Of a stretch of 64,000 nucleotides of DNA, positions 1 to 13,743 are shown piece after piece. The notes beneath the pieces were generated by a model. It was not told the origin of the DNA. It did not search any database and worked only from the letters and a program-made list of their open reading frames with translations. A program made the position numbers and the translations under genes. The DNA is from Bugula neritina (Eukaryota; Animalia; Bryozoa): positions 8,236,722-8,300,721 of the forward strand of contig OZ037766.1 in assembly GCA_964035545.1 (NCBI GenBank), read 5' to 3'. Numbering within the stretch: position 1 is the stretch's first letter; every line of letters begins with the position of its first letter.

Positions 1-1069
1 CGGACAAATACAAAATGCAAAAGATGGCTATAAGCCACCATTTGCTTTTATGTAGTAATTTCAAGTAGTAAAAAAGTTATGCTTACTAATTTAACTCACA
101 AGGCAAACCCAGCTAAATTTTCCATACTAAGCATTATGCGCAAGTTTATGTTCTTAATTGACTAAAACGGTTAGTAATAAAAAGAGCAGCTACTCAAGCA
201 TTGAAAACAAACAATTGTATTATATAAAACGTATTGTTTTGCAATTTTCACAGCCATCAATGAGGGACATATTCCAGATATTGGGCTCTGGAGTCAACAT
301 GGAGTATAAAGTTTGATAAAGTTGCCCCAAGATAGCTCTAAGATCTATAATTTGAGGATAGTTACAGTTTATAGCTGCTATTAATATGGAGGATAGTATA
401 TAGAAATACTCAACCGGAAAATAGGTAGCATTCCCATGTTCAGCAAAACAAGGTAAATGCATAGCTTTGTCTGCATTATTCAACTAACATTTTTGCTTAA
501 TAAATAATCAGATTTTTAGTTCAACTAAGGCATAGTATGATACAATAGAAATAAGGTAAATGTAAACAAAATGAACAAAAATCAAAGCTGAAAACTGTAT
601 AAAAACAATTGTCACATTGATAGAAATTTGAGACATCAAAACATTACGAGGCCAGATCAATGTCTGAAATGATGTTGACAATATTATAGCTACCATTAAT
701 ATGAAACAATCAAATAAAATAGCAGAATGTGTATGTAAAGCAAAAACACCATGTGTATCGATTGCAAGCCTGTTTATTGAGCATTCTAAGAAAACTATTA
801 TATAAAAAAGTACAAATTTAAAATTTTTAAACGCCAAGTTATAAGAATGGTAAAAAATGATATAAAATCAATAGAGCTCATATGATTAAAATCAAAGTTA
901 GCAACAAAATCAGCACCTCATAGAATTAATTAAGTAAATAATATATTAGATAATCCCTTATAGCACAAAAGCTAAAGATAATTTGACTAGATTTATACTA
1001 TGGATATTATTAACAATATGATTGGAGTTCACAGCTAAGCCTACAAGCGTTCAAGGGTAGGAATACAAA

Positions 1070-4000
1070 TCAGTTGTGCAACTGGCGAGCAATTTTCTCA
1101 ACTTGACATTCTTCAGCTAATCCATCCTAATAAAAATAAAAAGTAAATATAGAGATCTATTTTAGGAAGTGTGTAAAGAAATTAAACTTAATTTTAATTT
1201 TTTACCGGTTAATCTCACAAATATTATTAAATGCGATGCATTCAACAGAAAAACAATTAATGTGTTAGGGGTGAATGAAATACATGTGATATATGACTAT
1301 ATGATATTGAAAAATGCAGTTCAACCAAGTACTGAAAAAAGGTCAAGTGTTTGACTTTATCTGGGGGGGGGGGTTTATACCATATTCTGTAAAGCAAATC
1401 ATTATTCTTTTCTGTTTGATCCTAATTGACTTTCAGTCCCAAAGCAGGAGACTCTGCAGTCTTAATAAATATACATCTCTTGTTTGTGCATCTAATTTAG
1501 ACGTAATAGTAAGCAGACTTGGTATAAATGTCTTAAGCTTTCTAGAATCATAGCTGAACTGATATTGATAATGTTACTCTGATACTACTTAATATTGTCT
1601 CTAGGCATATCATGAGAACTACAGCAGTTCTCAGTCTGAGCTCGGCAGCACTGACAGCAAGTCTAAGTCAGCAAACGGACCTGCAAATCACCTGAAGTTC
1701 AATTTTCACTTGAACTGTCAATCAAATAACACGTCACTGTTCAGAATAGTAACTACTTATTTTCATTTTAGCAACATTGACTATCCTTGTAATTTTAATG
1801 ATGAGAAGCCATTGAAAGCACATACCAATCTAACCTTCATACAGCTTCTTTGGCATAAGATTAGCAACTGTACAATCACTAAATGTCGCAGGTGAAATAT
1901 TTTGACCTGCACATCTTTTACATGACACGACCAGAAATGGATCCCAAGACTTGCTTGACAAGCCCTATAGCTATATGTACAAAAATAGTTAAGGGAACTT
2001 TCTTACTTTCTGGGCCAAATTAATGTACATACGCAAGGGTTATAGCAGGCAGGCCTAAACAAGACTTTCATCAAAAAAATAGAGGAGAACATGTTAGAAG
2101 CATATAAGAATATATTACAAATATATATTTAGCAGTTGACTTTGTAAACTGAAATCAATTTCGAACCAATCCACCTAGCTAAACACTACTCCTAAAGAGT
2201 GGAAAAAACTCTAGCTGATAATGAAACAAAAAGCTACATTATTAGCTTCATGTTAGACTGAGCACCTAGATATAATATCTGAATAAATAAATGCCCGCAT
2301 CAATTGGATGATGTAAAGAAATGAACTGAGATTCATAGCAATAGCACTAAGGCAACCAAATATGTCCAATTTTAGTTCCAGTTTATGTTAAAAATCTCTA
2401 CCATAGCAGAAAAGGCAAGCAGTGAAAAATAAAACCATATGGGGCCTACAGTAGAGGTTGCATCCTTTCATTTACATCAATTATTCTGGAAAAAAGTCAA
2501 CCATCTGGATTTAAATCAGAGTAGTACTAAAAATCCTGTTGTATGACTTTGACAAGTAATTATGCAAGCATTAGCTGCACCTCTGATTATTGACTTTCAG
2601 GACCAAAACATTAACTTGCAATAAAATTTTCAAAAACAATGGGCTTTGTTTTCACAGTATGGTATTACTTTCTGTTAGTTCAACCACAACAATTATTCTA
2701 GCAATAAATTTTTACTGTCTGACTGCTCCGGTGCATGATGATTGTCCCAGTGAAACTGACAGTTGTTTGTCAGGCTTTTATTTCCAGCTATGACATAATT
2801 GAGAATTGAAACAGGTAAAAATCTGGTTAAAATAGTCTTTAATAGAAGTTTGAGATTTCTGAGATATTTGTTTAGAATTCCAGCCAGGAATTATAAAAAA
2901 CATTGTATGCGTTTATGTCAACTGCCAGTATTCATTCACATTGGCATTGCCAAAATAGGTTAGTGGCCTTGCCTAGCTTATCATTGACTTTACGCAGTGC
3001 CCAGTGCGTGGTGTCATGAGAAACACTTCATTTACATTCAGTAATTCCACTAATCTTACACCTGCAGTGCATCTTTATCATACAAATTACAGGAAATGAG
3101 GTACATCAAGATAAGACAACTAACATCAACTAAACATTGAATAAAATTTAGCAAGAAGCCCGCCATGAAAAATGCTTTTCGACTAAACATTTACGTTGAA
3201 TGCATGGAAACCATCTTCATTTCTTATTAACTCTACTTTAGTTTATCGTATTAGCAACCCTCTCCAAGCTTTCTTTGAAAAAGATACTTCATTCTAGATT
3301 GATAGGTAATACATCTTAGAATATTTAAACCCACTATAGGGATTCCCCAAATTGGTTTTCAAAATTTCAATAATAAAATCTTTGGTGGCTGGCAACTAAT
3401 ATTTACAGCAAAGTGAAACAATTCTGTTTAGGTTTGAAGCTTCAGACCAGTTGCTAATTTCACTGCTAAGTTGTATAGTTAACTGTAAAATAGTAGTTGG
3501 CGTATAATTTTAAATTAAGGACAGTACAATCACTATGAAAGTTGTAAAGGTTGCGGTTGATAAACTTTGGTGACTGTAATTGCAGACTAATTGATAATAA
3601 CCAAAAGCTGAAAATTTGCTTAGATGTAATCAATATAATAAAAATTCATAAACATTTCTATATTTACTAAAAACAAAAAGTAAAACTCTTTTAGATAACA
3701 AGGTATCAAATTAATTAAAACAATTTTAACCAAGTGTCATAATAAATCACTTAACATAACCAATAAAAAGATAATTTTTGTAAGAAATTGGTTAGGTGAG
3801 GAAGTAGTGGGTGGGTTTGTTGAAAAACTACTCAACTAGCTGGCCATGTATTTAGCTACATTGAGTATTTCATAATCTTATAATACTATTAAATCTTCAT
3901 CAATGGAATTGTTTCATTTAAATAATTGGGCGTTTTGACTCAAAAATTGAGCAAATTCGTAAACTGATATTTATTCTTACAAGGTATGTGATGAAGTTTG

Positions 4001-7000
4001 GGTGATAGAGGATTCCCCCATCCTCTTCAACTTTTTTCATAGCTAGTCTTTCGGGATCTCCTGCCACCAGGATTGCTTCCTGCCCATCGGCCTACAAATA
4101 CAGACCACAGGCTTAAACATAAAAAAAACTTTGAAACAAATTTTAATCGGATAAATGTTTTTCCAGGACAAACTAGACCTGCGGGCTGCAATGTCTATGT
4201 GTAACAGTTTTCTAAAGATATGGAAATAATGGCTGCTCTGATTATGGCAGGCTCAACTAGAAATGAAAATTCGGAGAGTAAGCAAATCGGTCAATTTATT
4301 TTTAATACAAATCTTTAAGAACACAAAATTAGTGCTCAAGTTAAGTTAATAAGTAAATGGAGTACATAAAAAATTCTCCAATGGTACCAATATTTACAAA
4401 AGCTAAATTGTAACTCAAATCAAGAAGATGTAATTTTTGTATGATCTAATAAGTTTTTATTCAGCTGGTTTTTCATCTATGCTGAAGAGCATATAAAGCA
4501 TGTTTAGCCTGTCCATTACATACTACACATGACAATAAACTATTAGAGAGTTGTAAAATTTACAAGATTTAATAACTGAATCAAAATCTAAGTACCATTA
4601 ACTGCCTATCAATTTACTTAAAGGGTTACTGTGCCCAGAAGGAAAGCTGCATCGGAGGGAAGGCTCAAGTTAAACTTTAACGTAATTGAATATAAACTAT
4701 AAAATTTAACTTAAACCTATTGCTCAAAGTTAAACCATAATTAATTGGTTACACAATTTTATATAAAAGAATTGAATAGTGCTTAAATTTACCGATAAAA
4801 AGTTATTTTTATATTTGAAAACTACAGCATAAACAATCAAGCACTAACACCCTAATCGTTCTTAGATGTTCAAAAGAAAATGTGTAATTGACACCAATAT
4901 TTAGTAAAGCATAGAGGCCTGCATAATTGCACTTATTATTGTAAACATGGGTCTAGACATTGAATTGATATTTTATCTAAATATTGGCATGAATGAAACT
5001 ATCATTGTCTAGTAACATGTATATCATTGTTTTGAGAAAATATGTAATTACATATGTGTGAATTGCAAATATGTTACATATTGATTACACTAAAAGTTAA
5101 AAAGCTATATAAACAACACTTTAATTTGATAGCTTTTTTCATGGGCATCAATGCTTTTAGACATTCCTAGAGTTTTACATGTGCATGTAAATAAAAATAG
5201 TATGTACTGTTAAAGGTCTGCTAGAAAAATAATGTATGCAAGTATGTAATTATATATCGCATTGTTGGTATAATGAAGCCGTGTTAAACAAGCTCTTCCA
5301 TGTCCATTAAATAAAGTATGATTATGGTTATACCCACTTGTAATATTTTTATTTGCAGATGTCTTGCTAGATTTCATGTCTTTCAAGTGGATTGCACGTA
5401 ATTTAGACGTTAAAATCCGCTACTAGGCCATTGTGTTATGTTATAGTAATAATTCAGTGTGATTCCATCTTCAATGCTTGTTCTTCTCATTTAGATATAT
5501 TGACACACGCACATTCAATTTACTGTTTTTAGCAAGGTAAAGTAAACATACATGGTTTAAATCAGTTAGCAAACATACAGAGTACCAGATTAAATCTCGT
5601 GAGAAAATATAACAAGACTCTGATGTTACATTATAAAGAAATAGAAGATCAAAAAGATGGAACAAGTGCACACTGTGTTGAAGCATGTGCTACTGCAACC
5701 TAAATCTCTATTCATAATGCATGCATCTATATTTAAATATTGTGCAACATGCATTATCTAATAAAAGAAAAGATAGATGCCTCCACTTAAGACTTTGCTA
5801 TGACGTAGTTTCCCAACGAATACAAATCTTTGCTCGATCCCAGTTACATTTCATTCCAAGTAACAGTTTTTACGAATTAATTGCTTGCAAAAATTGATAC
5901 TTTATTTGAATATGGATACATAATTGAGATATCAGAAATTTACAGTTTGGTTAATGCACCATGATGCCTTGCAACTTGAATAATTCTAGCAGAGTATACT
6001 TTGTCTATACTTTGTACCAGAACAGCGCTGCCAATAACTAGGTGAGAGTCAAGCCTATGATAGTGATACCAAATAAGAAGGGCATCAAAAGCTTAAGACG
6101 TTGTGATTCGTAATTTTCATATACTTGGTTTAAACAATGATATATAATGCAAAATAAAATTATAAAATCTCACCAGGAAAGTATGATACTCAACAGATAT
6201 ACAAAATGCTTTTTGAACAAGACTAAATTAGAAAAACTCTTTCTTAATATAATGGCAATACAGAATTCAATTCGCATGCCTTGGTCAACTTGAGATGTCC
6301 ATTTGTATGTTATAAGCAATGTGAGCTGATTGTTTGAAACAAGAAGTGATGCTCTTTGTTTAATTTTTCTTAAAAGGACAATTAATTGCTTTAACAGAAA
6401 ATTCATTGACTTATTGAACTTGTAGGCAGCTGCCCCACACTTATTTATGAGTAGTAACTATGTGCAAACATTCCCGACAATCTGAGACTTGATCTGTAAC
6501 CAATATGTGTCAGAGCTTTTAAAAAGCTTAAAATAGATAAATATAGATTTTATATTCAATTGGTAGAATGATAGAGGAAACATTGCTTAGTTGCATTTAG
6601 TTAATTTGTACACTAATGCACAGGTTTCCCCTGTTTAAATAAAGCAAGTTGGTTATTAAAAACTCCATCAATTTAAATAACCAATATTCAAATATATAGT
6701 ACTAGGCAATAAAGATGGCTCACCTTTAATCAATAGCTACACTTATGATGCAAACGAGTTGTAGCCAAGCAAGAAAATTACAAGGAGTAGCGAACTCTCA
6801 TAAGATTTGACCTCAGAATGGAGGAAAATGTCTGGATAAAGTGGATTGATAAACTTATTTACTAACCAAAGCAGAAGCATAGAAACAACTCATACAAAAA
6901 ATATTTCCTTAATTCAAAAAGCACCAAAAATTAAAAAAAATTATATTTGGAGAAAAAAATGTTCAAGGTATTATTTTTAACTGATGACTATTACTAAAAG

Positions 7001-10000
7001 GAACATGGTTACCCAAACAAACCTTCAGAAAGAATGTTGTATTACAGCTCAAGTGGTTTTAAAACACGAAAACCTTAAATTTAGACAGAGTATATAAGTA
7101 CATTAACCCCTTGACAAGCTATTTTGAAATTCTGATGAGATGGTCACATAATGGAACTTTACATATTTTCAGAAACTTAAAACTCAATTAATACTGTGTG
7201 AATCTGCCATGCAAGATTTTTCACTAAATTGTCTTGATGCCACAAAGTATGTCCATACACTCTTAGCAATGTTAACACTTGAGATTCCAGTGTAATCAAG
7301 CAAACCGATAAACAATGTATATTGCATGTGCTGAACTTTCTTACTTTGAAGCATTTCAAGAAAACGACTCATTATTAAAAATTTTATTGCATAACTTAAA
7401 GATTAGATTATGTCTGACACCTACTACAAAAAATTAAAGGAATTTTTCCATAGACAACAGTCAATTACATGATCAAAGTTACTAAATAACTCACACTTAT
7501 TTAACTTATTTAAATGTCACACATAATTTAGTGTGTAACCCATTGTTATGTGCTTTACAAAAAAATAAACCAATAAAAACAAGCTAAATGTACAAAAGCA
7601 CAAAAGAATACAATATACTAAAATAGTTTATCTAGTGTGTTGATCAGCAACATAGCCATATAATTACAATTTCTACATAGTGTGACGTCCATTCCCCTAG
7701 TCACTGTTTCTATGTGGGGGAACTCTGTTGACTAAACATAATGCGTACAGTATTTTTCCAATACAAACGCTATGACAAATGAGTTGAAGCTGCTACACAT
7801 ATACACACTTAAAGCTTGCTGTCTGTATGAATTACGCCAAATATCGGTTTATACTTCTACATGATTACAACTTCACTAGTCGCCAGTAATACACTCTCTT
7901 GTACAAGAAGTATAAAAGTTACAACTAATCATTGATTACCCCGAGACTATAGGTCCAGTAATGGAGAAATATGGAAAATTCTGTGTTCTACATTTCATAG
8001 AAAAAGTTATGTTATCAAAAGATTTTCAATCTTCACTCAAAATCAAAAGTCCCAAAAAACCATTAAATAACTTAAGCTATTAAAATTTCTCAGTTACTGC
8101 ATATAAGCTGTGTTGATGATTGCAAAATATCTAAAGAAAAACGACTCAAATAAAGTATTTTTAGATTTGCACTTTTTGCAATACAAATACTGTTACTAAT
8201 ACTAATGCTAGCGCCAATACTGTACTAATATTAAAACTAGTACTAATACTAATACTAGCACTAGTACTAATACTAACACTGCTACTAATACTAATACTGT
8301 TACTAATACTAATACTAGTACTAATACTGCTACTAATACTAATACTGTTACTAATACTAATACTAGTACTAATACTGTTACTAGTACTAATACTGTTACT
8401 AGTACTAGTCATTACTTACTGGCTTCAAATCTCTGTAGCCTTTCATCAAATCCGCAAGTCTTGCTTGAAATCCAGGAGCAAACATTTCAGGATTAACAGC
8501 TATAAAACACTGCCCCTGCAAACATAACCACGTAATGTTTATAAATACAATATAACCCCCTATGGACATAGGCATATAAACAAGCAAGTAGAACTTGGAG
8601 CTCCAAGACTGCTGCTTTCCAAAGGTTTCTCATCAGTTAAAGAGTCAATCAGAGATGGAAGACACAATGCTGACCCAGAAACATAAACTTAGCATTGCAA
8701 AACCTTCTTCAACAAATTGACAAGGAAGTAAAATCCAGAGCTCAATTCAACCTTACAAAATATCAGCTGTTGGAACTTTGTAAACAGAACAGACAACTGT
8801 GCTCTTCTGCATGGCTCTACTTTAACAATACCAGTCATCAGATGTAAATGTAGCTATAGGTGTACATATAGTTGTATGTGTGTAGGTATACGTGTACGTG
8901 AAGTTGTACAAGTGTAGGTGTACACAGTACATGTGAGTGTGTGTGTAGGTGTACATTTATAAGTGAAGGTGCAGGTGTAGGTGCACATGTAAGTATATGT
9001 GTAGGTGTAAATGTGTAGGTGTAGATGTGTAAGTGTAGATGTGTAGGTGCATATGTAGGTGTAGATGTGTAGGTGTATGTGTAGAAGTACATGTACAGGC
9101 GTAGAGCGTAGGTAGTAGCAAGTTACCAGGTTGGCGTAGCCTTCATTAGATTGCCAGGTTCTCACATTGTTGCCATAATGAGAGCCACTCAGAATTCCGC
9201 ATAGAATTTCCACCATCATTGCCAAGCCAGACCCCTTATACCCACCTTAAACATTACAATCATACACTCAAGTAGCAATATTAATAATAAACATTCGGAA
9301 CGTAAGATAATTTAACAACACACAACACTTTATAAAAAGAGAATGTCAAAAAGTTTAGATATTGAACTTATAGCACAAAAATAGATGGTTGTGACTAGAC
9401 CACTCACTAGTTTCCTCTGGCCCTCCTAGAGGATACAGCCCTCCACTCTTCAGAACTTCCTGAGGATCTGTGCAATTCTCACCACTGCTATTTGTACCCC
9501 AGCCATTCGGCAACTTGACGTCTTTTCTTCTTGCAACTTCAACCTGAGAAATATGTGTTACAGACACGTGACTTATCTCAACATCGAAACAGCATTGCCT
9601 GGTCACCATGGCTTAGAAGTAAAGTACAGGTTTGTGCTAGCTGATCCCACTAAGGCAAAATAGAAGACCATCTATGATGGAAAATTTTTGATATAGATGC
9701 GTAGATCAATAAAATAAAAAAAAATTGTCAAGAACTTTCATTTAGGTGCAGTAGCAGAGAAATTCCAATAGCCTAGCTTCTTTAACAGAGCTTCTTCAGA
9801 TATTTCATCTAGACACAAACTTTTATGAGATTCTCCAGTCCTGCACTATCAGAATCTTCCAGAGCTACTTGATAATACTTTTTGAGCTAAACTGTTAATT
9901 TGTAAGCTCAATAAAATTTAAAACTTGGCAGAATTTTGAATAAAAAACACTTATTTTCCAATTAACTGATAGCACTCATCAAGTGATATGACAGGCTTTA

Positions 10001-13000
10001 ACCTCACCAACTATTAAACTTTCTTGATGCAATAGATTTGCCAAAGTCTATGAATGAACTGTCCAAGGCAGAAGGAGAACAAATATTTTATTACCTCACA
10101 GAAATATAAACCACAGACAAAGACACATTAAATCATCACCTAAATTAAACACCATCAGTCAAACTTTTTAGCAAAAACAAAAAACAACAGGAAACAGAAA
10201 GCTAAAAGTTTTGTGGCTAAACATTATTATGCAAATACAGCAAAATGATAATTAAGTATTAATTAATTATTTTGACCCACGAGGTGTTGTTGACTAGCCG
10301 TTACAGCCCCAACAATATAAGTTCTTTTCTAGTTCTTAGTCTACACAAAATTATATGTATTTGCTATTTTAGTCTAGAAAGTATTAACTGTTTGAAAAAT
10401 CTAAAATTGCCAAGTTAAAGAAGAGCCTATGACACTGTTAAGAGCTATGATCTAAAAGCCCCACAGTTATGCCAAAGGGACTTGAAACTATACATGAAAA
10501 TCACCATTTCTACAAGTGGTACATTTGAAAGTTATAAATAGCTAAAAGCTGCTGTTACAGACACAATGAATCACATTAAAGTTATCTGATGATCAGCAGA
10601 CAAGTTGACAAACAAAGCCAGACAAAGCAAGACACAAGGTCAGCATTGATGAATCACACTTAAGAGTTACTAAAAATATACACTTAGTGGCAGCATAATT
10701 AAAAATAGATTTTTTAATTATTGTAGGTGAAAAGTGGTGTTTATAAGCTGCTTAACATTGCAAACATGTTTCAACATTTTAAGTGTATTTGTTTATAGAC
10801 CCAGACAACAAAGAATAATAGAGTTTAGAAGAAAAGCATAGAAGCTGCCAAAATTTGACAAATTAATTTGAGACTAGAATTTGATATGAATAAACTGGCT
10901 GGTGGAGAACACGTACCTTCCCTTGAGCTACAGCAGTGGTAGCCATGTCAAGGACAAATGGGTCTTCAGGGTTTGTGGACGGAGCAGCACAAGTTATAGG
11001 ATTAGTACCTAGATATCTCTGCAGTGATAAAAGTAATCAGGCAATTAGTTTTTCTATTTACATTCAGAAGCTGGATTAGAAAATGACTTAAATTTAGATT
11101 AAAGAGTTTTGAGCTAAAAGCCCTCATTCACACTTTGCCGTATAGCACGCCGTAACGTAAAATGTCAGCCATTTTTAATATGTCTGGGCTGAAGTTTTCA
11201 AAGTCCGATATTAGGCACGATCTATGACACTTCGTTGGACAATTATATCCAATGAGTTAACGCAAAAGTTTTTCCGTCGAACAGGAGCCCGCCGGAATTT
11301 GTTTGAATCAAGCAGCGCTTGATCCTAACACACCGTACAGGAAGCTCAGACATTTGTAAAAATGGTTGATATTTTACGTTACGGCGTACGATACGACAAA
11401 GTGTGAATGAGGGGTAAGATAAAAGTCAACAAAATGATTTCAGTAATAACGAATAACTCATATAGTACTGCCTACACTGGTCACTTTGGAAAATTATACT
11501 CTCGATGTGACCTTGTGCTCAAAGAGATTACCCACCGGTAGTGTTATTATAACTTCGATATAGTCCTGTTACTAATTTTTGGTTGAGTCATGAAAATGAA
11601 ACTGGTTTTCTGAATTAATATGCTTACCTCCTTTGACCGGGTAGGAACCAGGAATGGTGATGAGTTGGTGAAGGAAAAGCCCTACAGCAAACACATCACA
11701 CACTGGTTAGCACAATCCAGTTTGACAGTAGAGAATGCCAGTTGGTGCACAAATACTTCATGTAAACTAAGGGTATTGGATACTCAGGTAAAATAATCAA
11801 AGCCGAAACCCACTTCTATTTTATATAATGTTTTGATAAAAATGCTGCAGTATGAAAACATGTGAGAATGAATAAAATACTGAAAGCAGACATTTTACTT
11901 ATAGTCATATAGTAAAAATTGTTTACTAAATATTGATTTAGTATCAGTCTGAGACTTGGTTACTAAGCCTTGTGAATTGCATCAACATTCATTATCTTTA
12001 ACGACTTGCCTCATAGAATATAAGATTGGTACTAAAAATAAAATAATTTCTCTCATGAGTACATTTGTAACTATCCTAAATCAGTTTAGACCTATGATTA
12101 GATAACATGTACATTGCAGTATGCTTTCAAGCACACAACATAATGGCGTGCCTGAACACTATGTGTGTATTGGATTTGCAACGGTAAATTCGTGAACTTG
12201 AATCAATGTCTTGACTTACCATAAGGCCTTGCTCAACAGCCTGTAAACTATACATGCCAGCTATACCATAATGATTGGAGTGATTTGCTGCTACCCATCC
12301 CACGCCAGCTTCTTTTGCTTTTTTTATTGCAACTGACATGGCAAAATTTCCAACTACGCAGCCCATGGCATTGTTCCCATTCACTAATGCTGTCGAAACG
12401 GTTTCCTTTTCAATGAACGGATCGTTTTCAACGATCACAGATTTAGATTTAACCTCATTCACATATTTTTCTGCAATAAGAAATTTATATGTAGTGTATT
12501 GAGGAAAATTGAAACAAAAGTAAAAAAATTAGAGTTGTCTTCTCATGATTAACTAGTATAAAACAATTCATAAAAAATAGCTGCAAGAGTTGTGTTTCCC
12601 TTCCCTTCTAAAGTGCTCAATGTTTAGTTGAACATATTTAACAATATCCTTTTTATAAAATAATTTACCAGAAAATTTCAAGATAAAAATATGGGTTCGA
12701 TGGAGGCCTAAAAAAGAGAGTTAATTCCAACCTAACTAAAAACATAATTCAACTACAATAATATTAGAAAATTTTTTAAACATTTGTTGTTACTCAATAT
12801 CTAGAGTGTCTTAATCAACTGTTGTAAGCATTGACAGTTTTTAGATGCCAAAATATTAAAGCTGTTCAACACCTGGGTCCAGCACCTCGACTACCTTTGC
12901 TATTGTGCATATGGACCCTCATCACTGATTTTTTTTCTATTTTTCAACCTATGACATAAACTACTATTTTGATGAAAATACAAACAAGCAAACAAACAAA

Positions 13001-13322
13001 CAAACCTTTCATGTTGGTACATAACAGACACTGCTAGCATACCTAATCGATTTAGACCATGACTGTAATGTCCTCTTTGATCAGCTAGGACTAGCACATC
13101 AGCCAGAGCCTGTGCATGACTCGGCTGTGTTCCAATGGCTACCATTGAAGACACAACAAAATTCTTAGCATCCTCAACCTTAACAATGTAATTCTTTTCT
13201 GCCATGGTGGAAAGTCGAAGAGCAGGTGTTCTGGCCTGTCCTGCTATAGCACTGTCACAAATCAAACATCTGTTGAAGTTAAGTATAGTTCGAAATACGT
13301 TGGTTTTGGGCCAGGAAATCAT
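1070..13322 (-). CDS. Ldh_2-family (type 2 malate/L-lactate dehydrogenase, YjmC/AllD/ComC-like) oxidoreductase, 9 coding exons, ~401 aa
   Basis: Exons 13322-13043, 12470-12220, 11681-11628, 11018-10917, 9543-9408, 9245-9127, 8515-8420, 4091-3981, 1126-1070. All junctions are GT-AG with consistent phases (1206 nt). Family motifs: ADQRGHYSHGLNRL, ANHSNHYGIAGMY, GFSFTNSSP, LGTNPI, FVLDMATT, PLGG..GYKGSGLAMMVEILCGILSG, GQCFIAVNP, ILVAGDPE. A second in-frame ATG lies at 13205. Confidence 0.93.
8186..8410. repeat. (ACTAAT/ACTAGT)n hexamer-based microsatellite in intron 7 of the Ldh_2 gene
   Basis: Visible tandem ACTAAT/ACTGTT/ACTAGT units; explains the Ser/Ile/Thr ORF at 8161-8412. Confidence 0.9.
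8838..9115. repeat. Degenerate (GTGTAG)n repeat in intron 6 of the Ldh_2 gene
   Basis: Repeated GTGTAG/ATGTGT units; explains the spurious His/Thr/Tyr ORFs. Confidence 0.85.
11120..11414. mobile_element. MITE (PIF/Harbinger- or Tourist-like), copy 1, in Ldh_2 intron 3
   Basis: ~55-bp imperfect TIRs (GCCCTCATTCACACTTTGCCGTAT... / ...ATACGACAAAGTGTGAATGAGGGG), flanked by AAA and TAA; clearly homologous to 61592-61893. Superfamily assignment is tentative. Confidence 0.85.
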
Positions 13323-13663
13323 TTTTCGAATTTCATAAATTTACATTAATTCTACAACATAGAATACTCAACATGAGTTTGTTACATGTCTGGTTGACTA
13401 CTTCTATTAAATTACTCTACAATATAGGACAGGCGCTGATCCGATTTTAATGACGAACTTTGACAAGAGAATAGAGGTTCAAACAGATTATTACAAGTAT
13501 AAGTATGAAGAAATGCTGGGAACACTCTAAACAACAAGAGCAATTATTTTGATAATTCAAGAAAGTCTTTAAATTTATTAACTGCAGCAAAACTAGTGCA
13601 AGTTTCTTGCTTACATTTCTCTCCAATTGAATCCAGTTATTTTTTAATGGCAAGGCAAAATAA

Positions 13664-13666
<3 letters not shown>

Positions 13667-13738
<72 letters not shown>
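13667..13738. repeat. (AT)36 microsatellite
   Basis: Perfect dinucleotide run. Confidence 0.98.

Positions 13739-13743
<5 letters not shown>

Noticed and set aside
220-837. 87-aa and 109-aa minus-strand ORFs
   Set aside because: AT-rich with non-ATG starts and no motifs; they lie in the probable Ldh_2 3' UTR
8161-9092. Ser/Ile/Thr-rich and His/Thr/Tyr-rich ORFs
   Set aside because: Translations of intronic hexamer repeats; only the embedded Ldh_2 exon is real
1070-13322. Bacterial contamination or recent horizontal transfer of the Ldh_2 gene
   Set aside because: Eight canonical introns containing host repeats; the family is known from invertebrates
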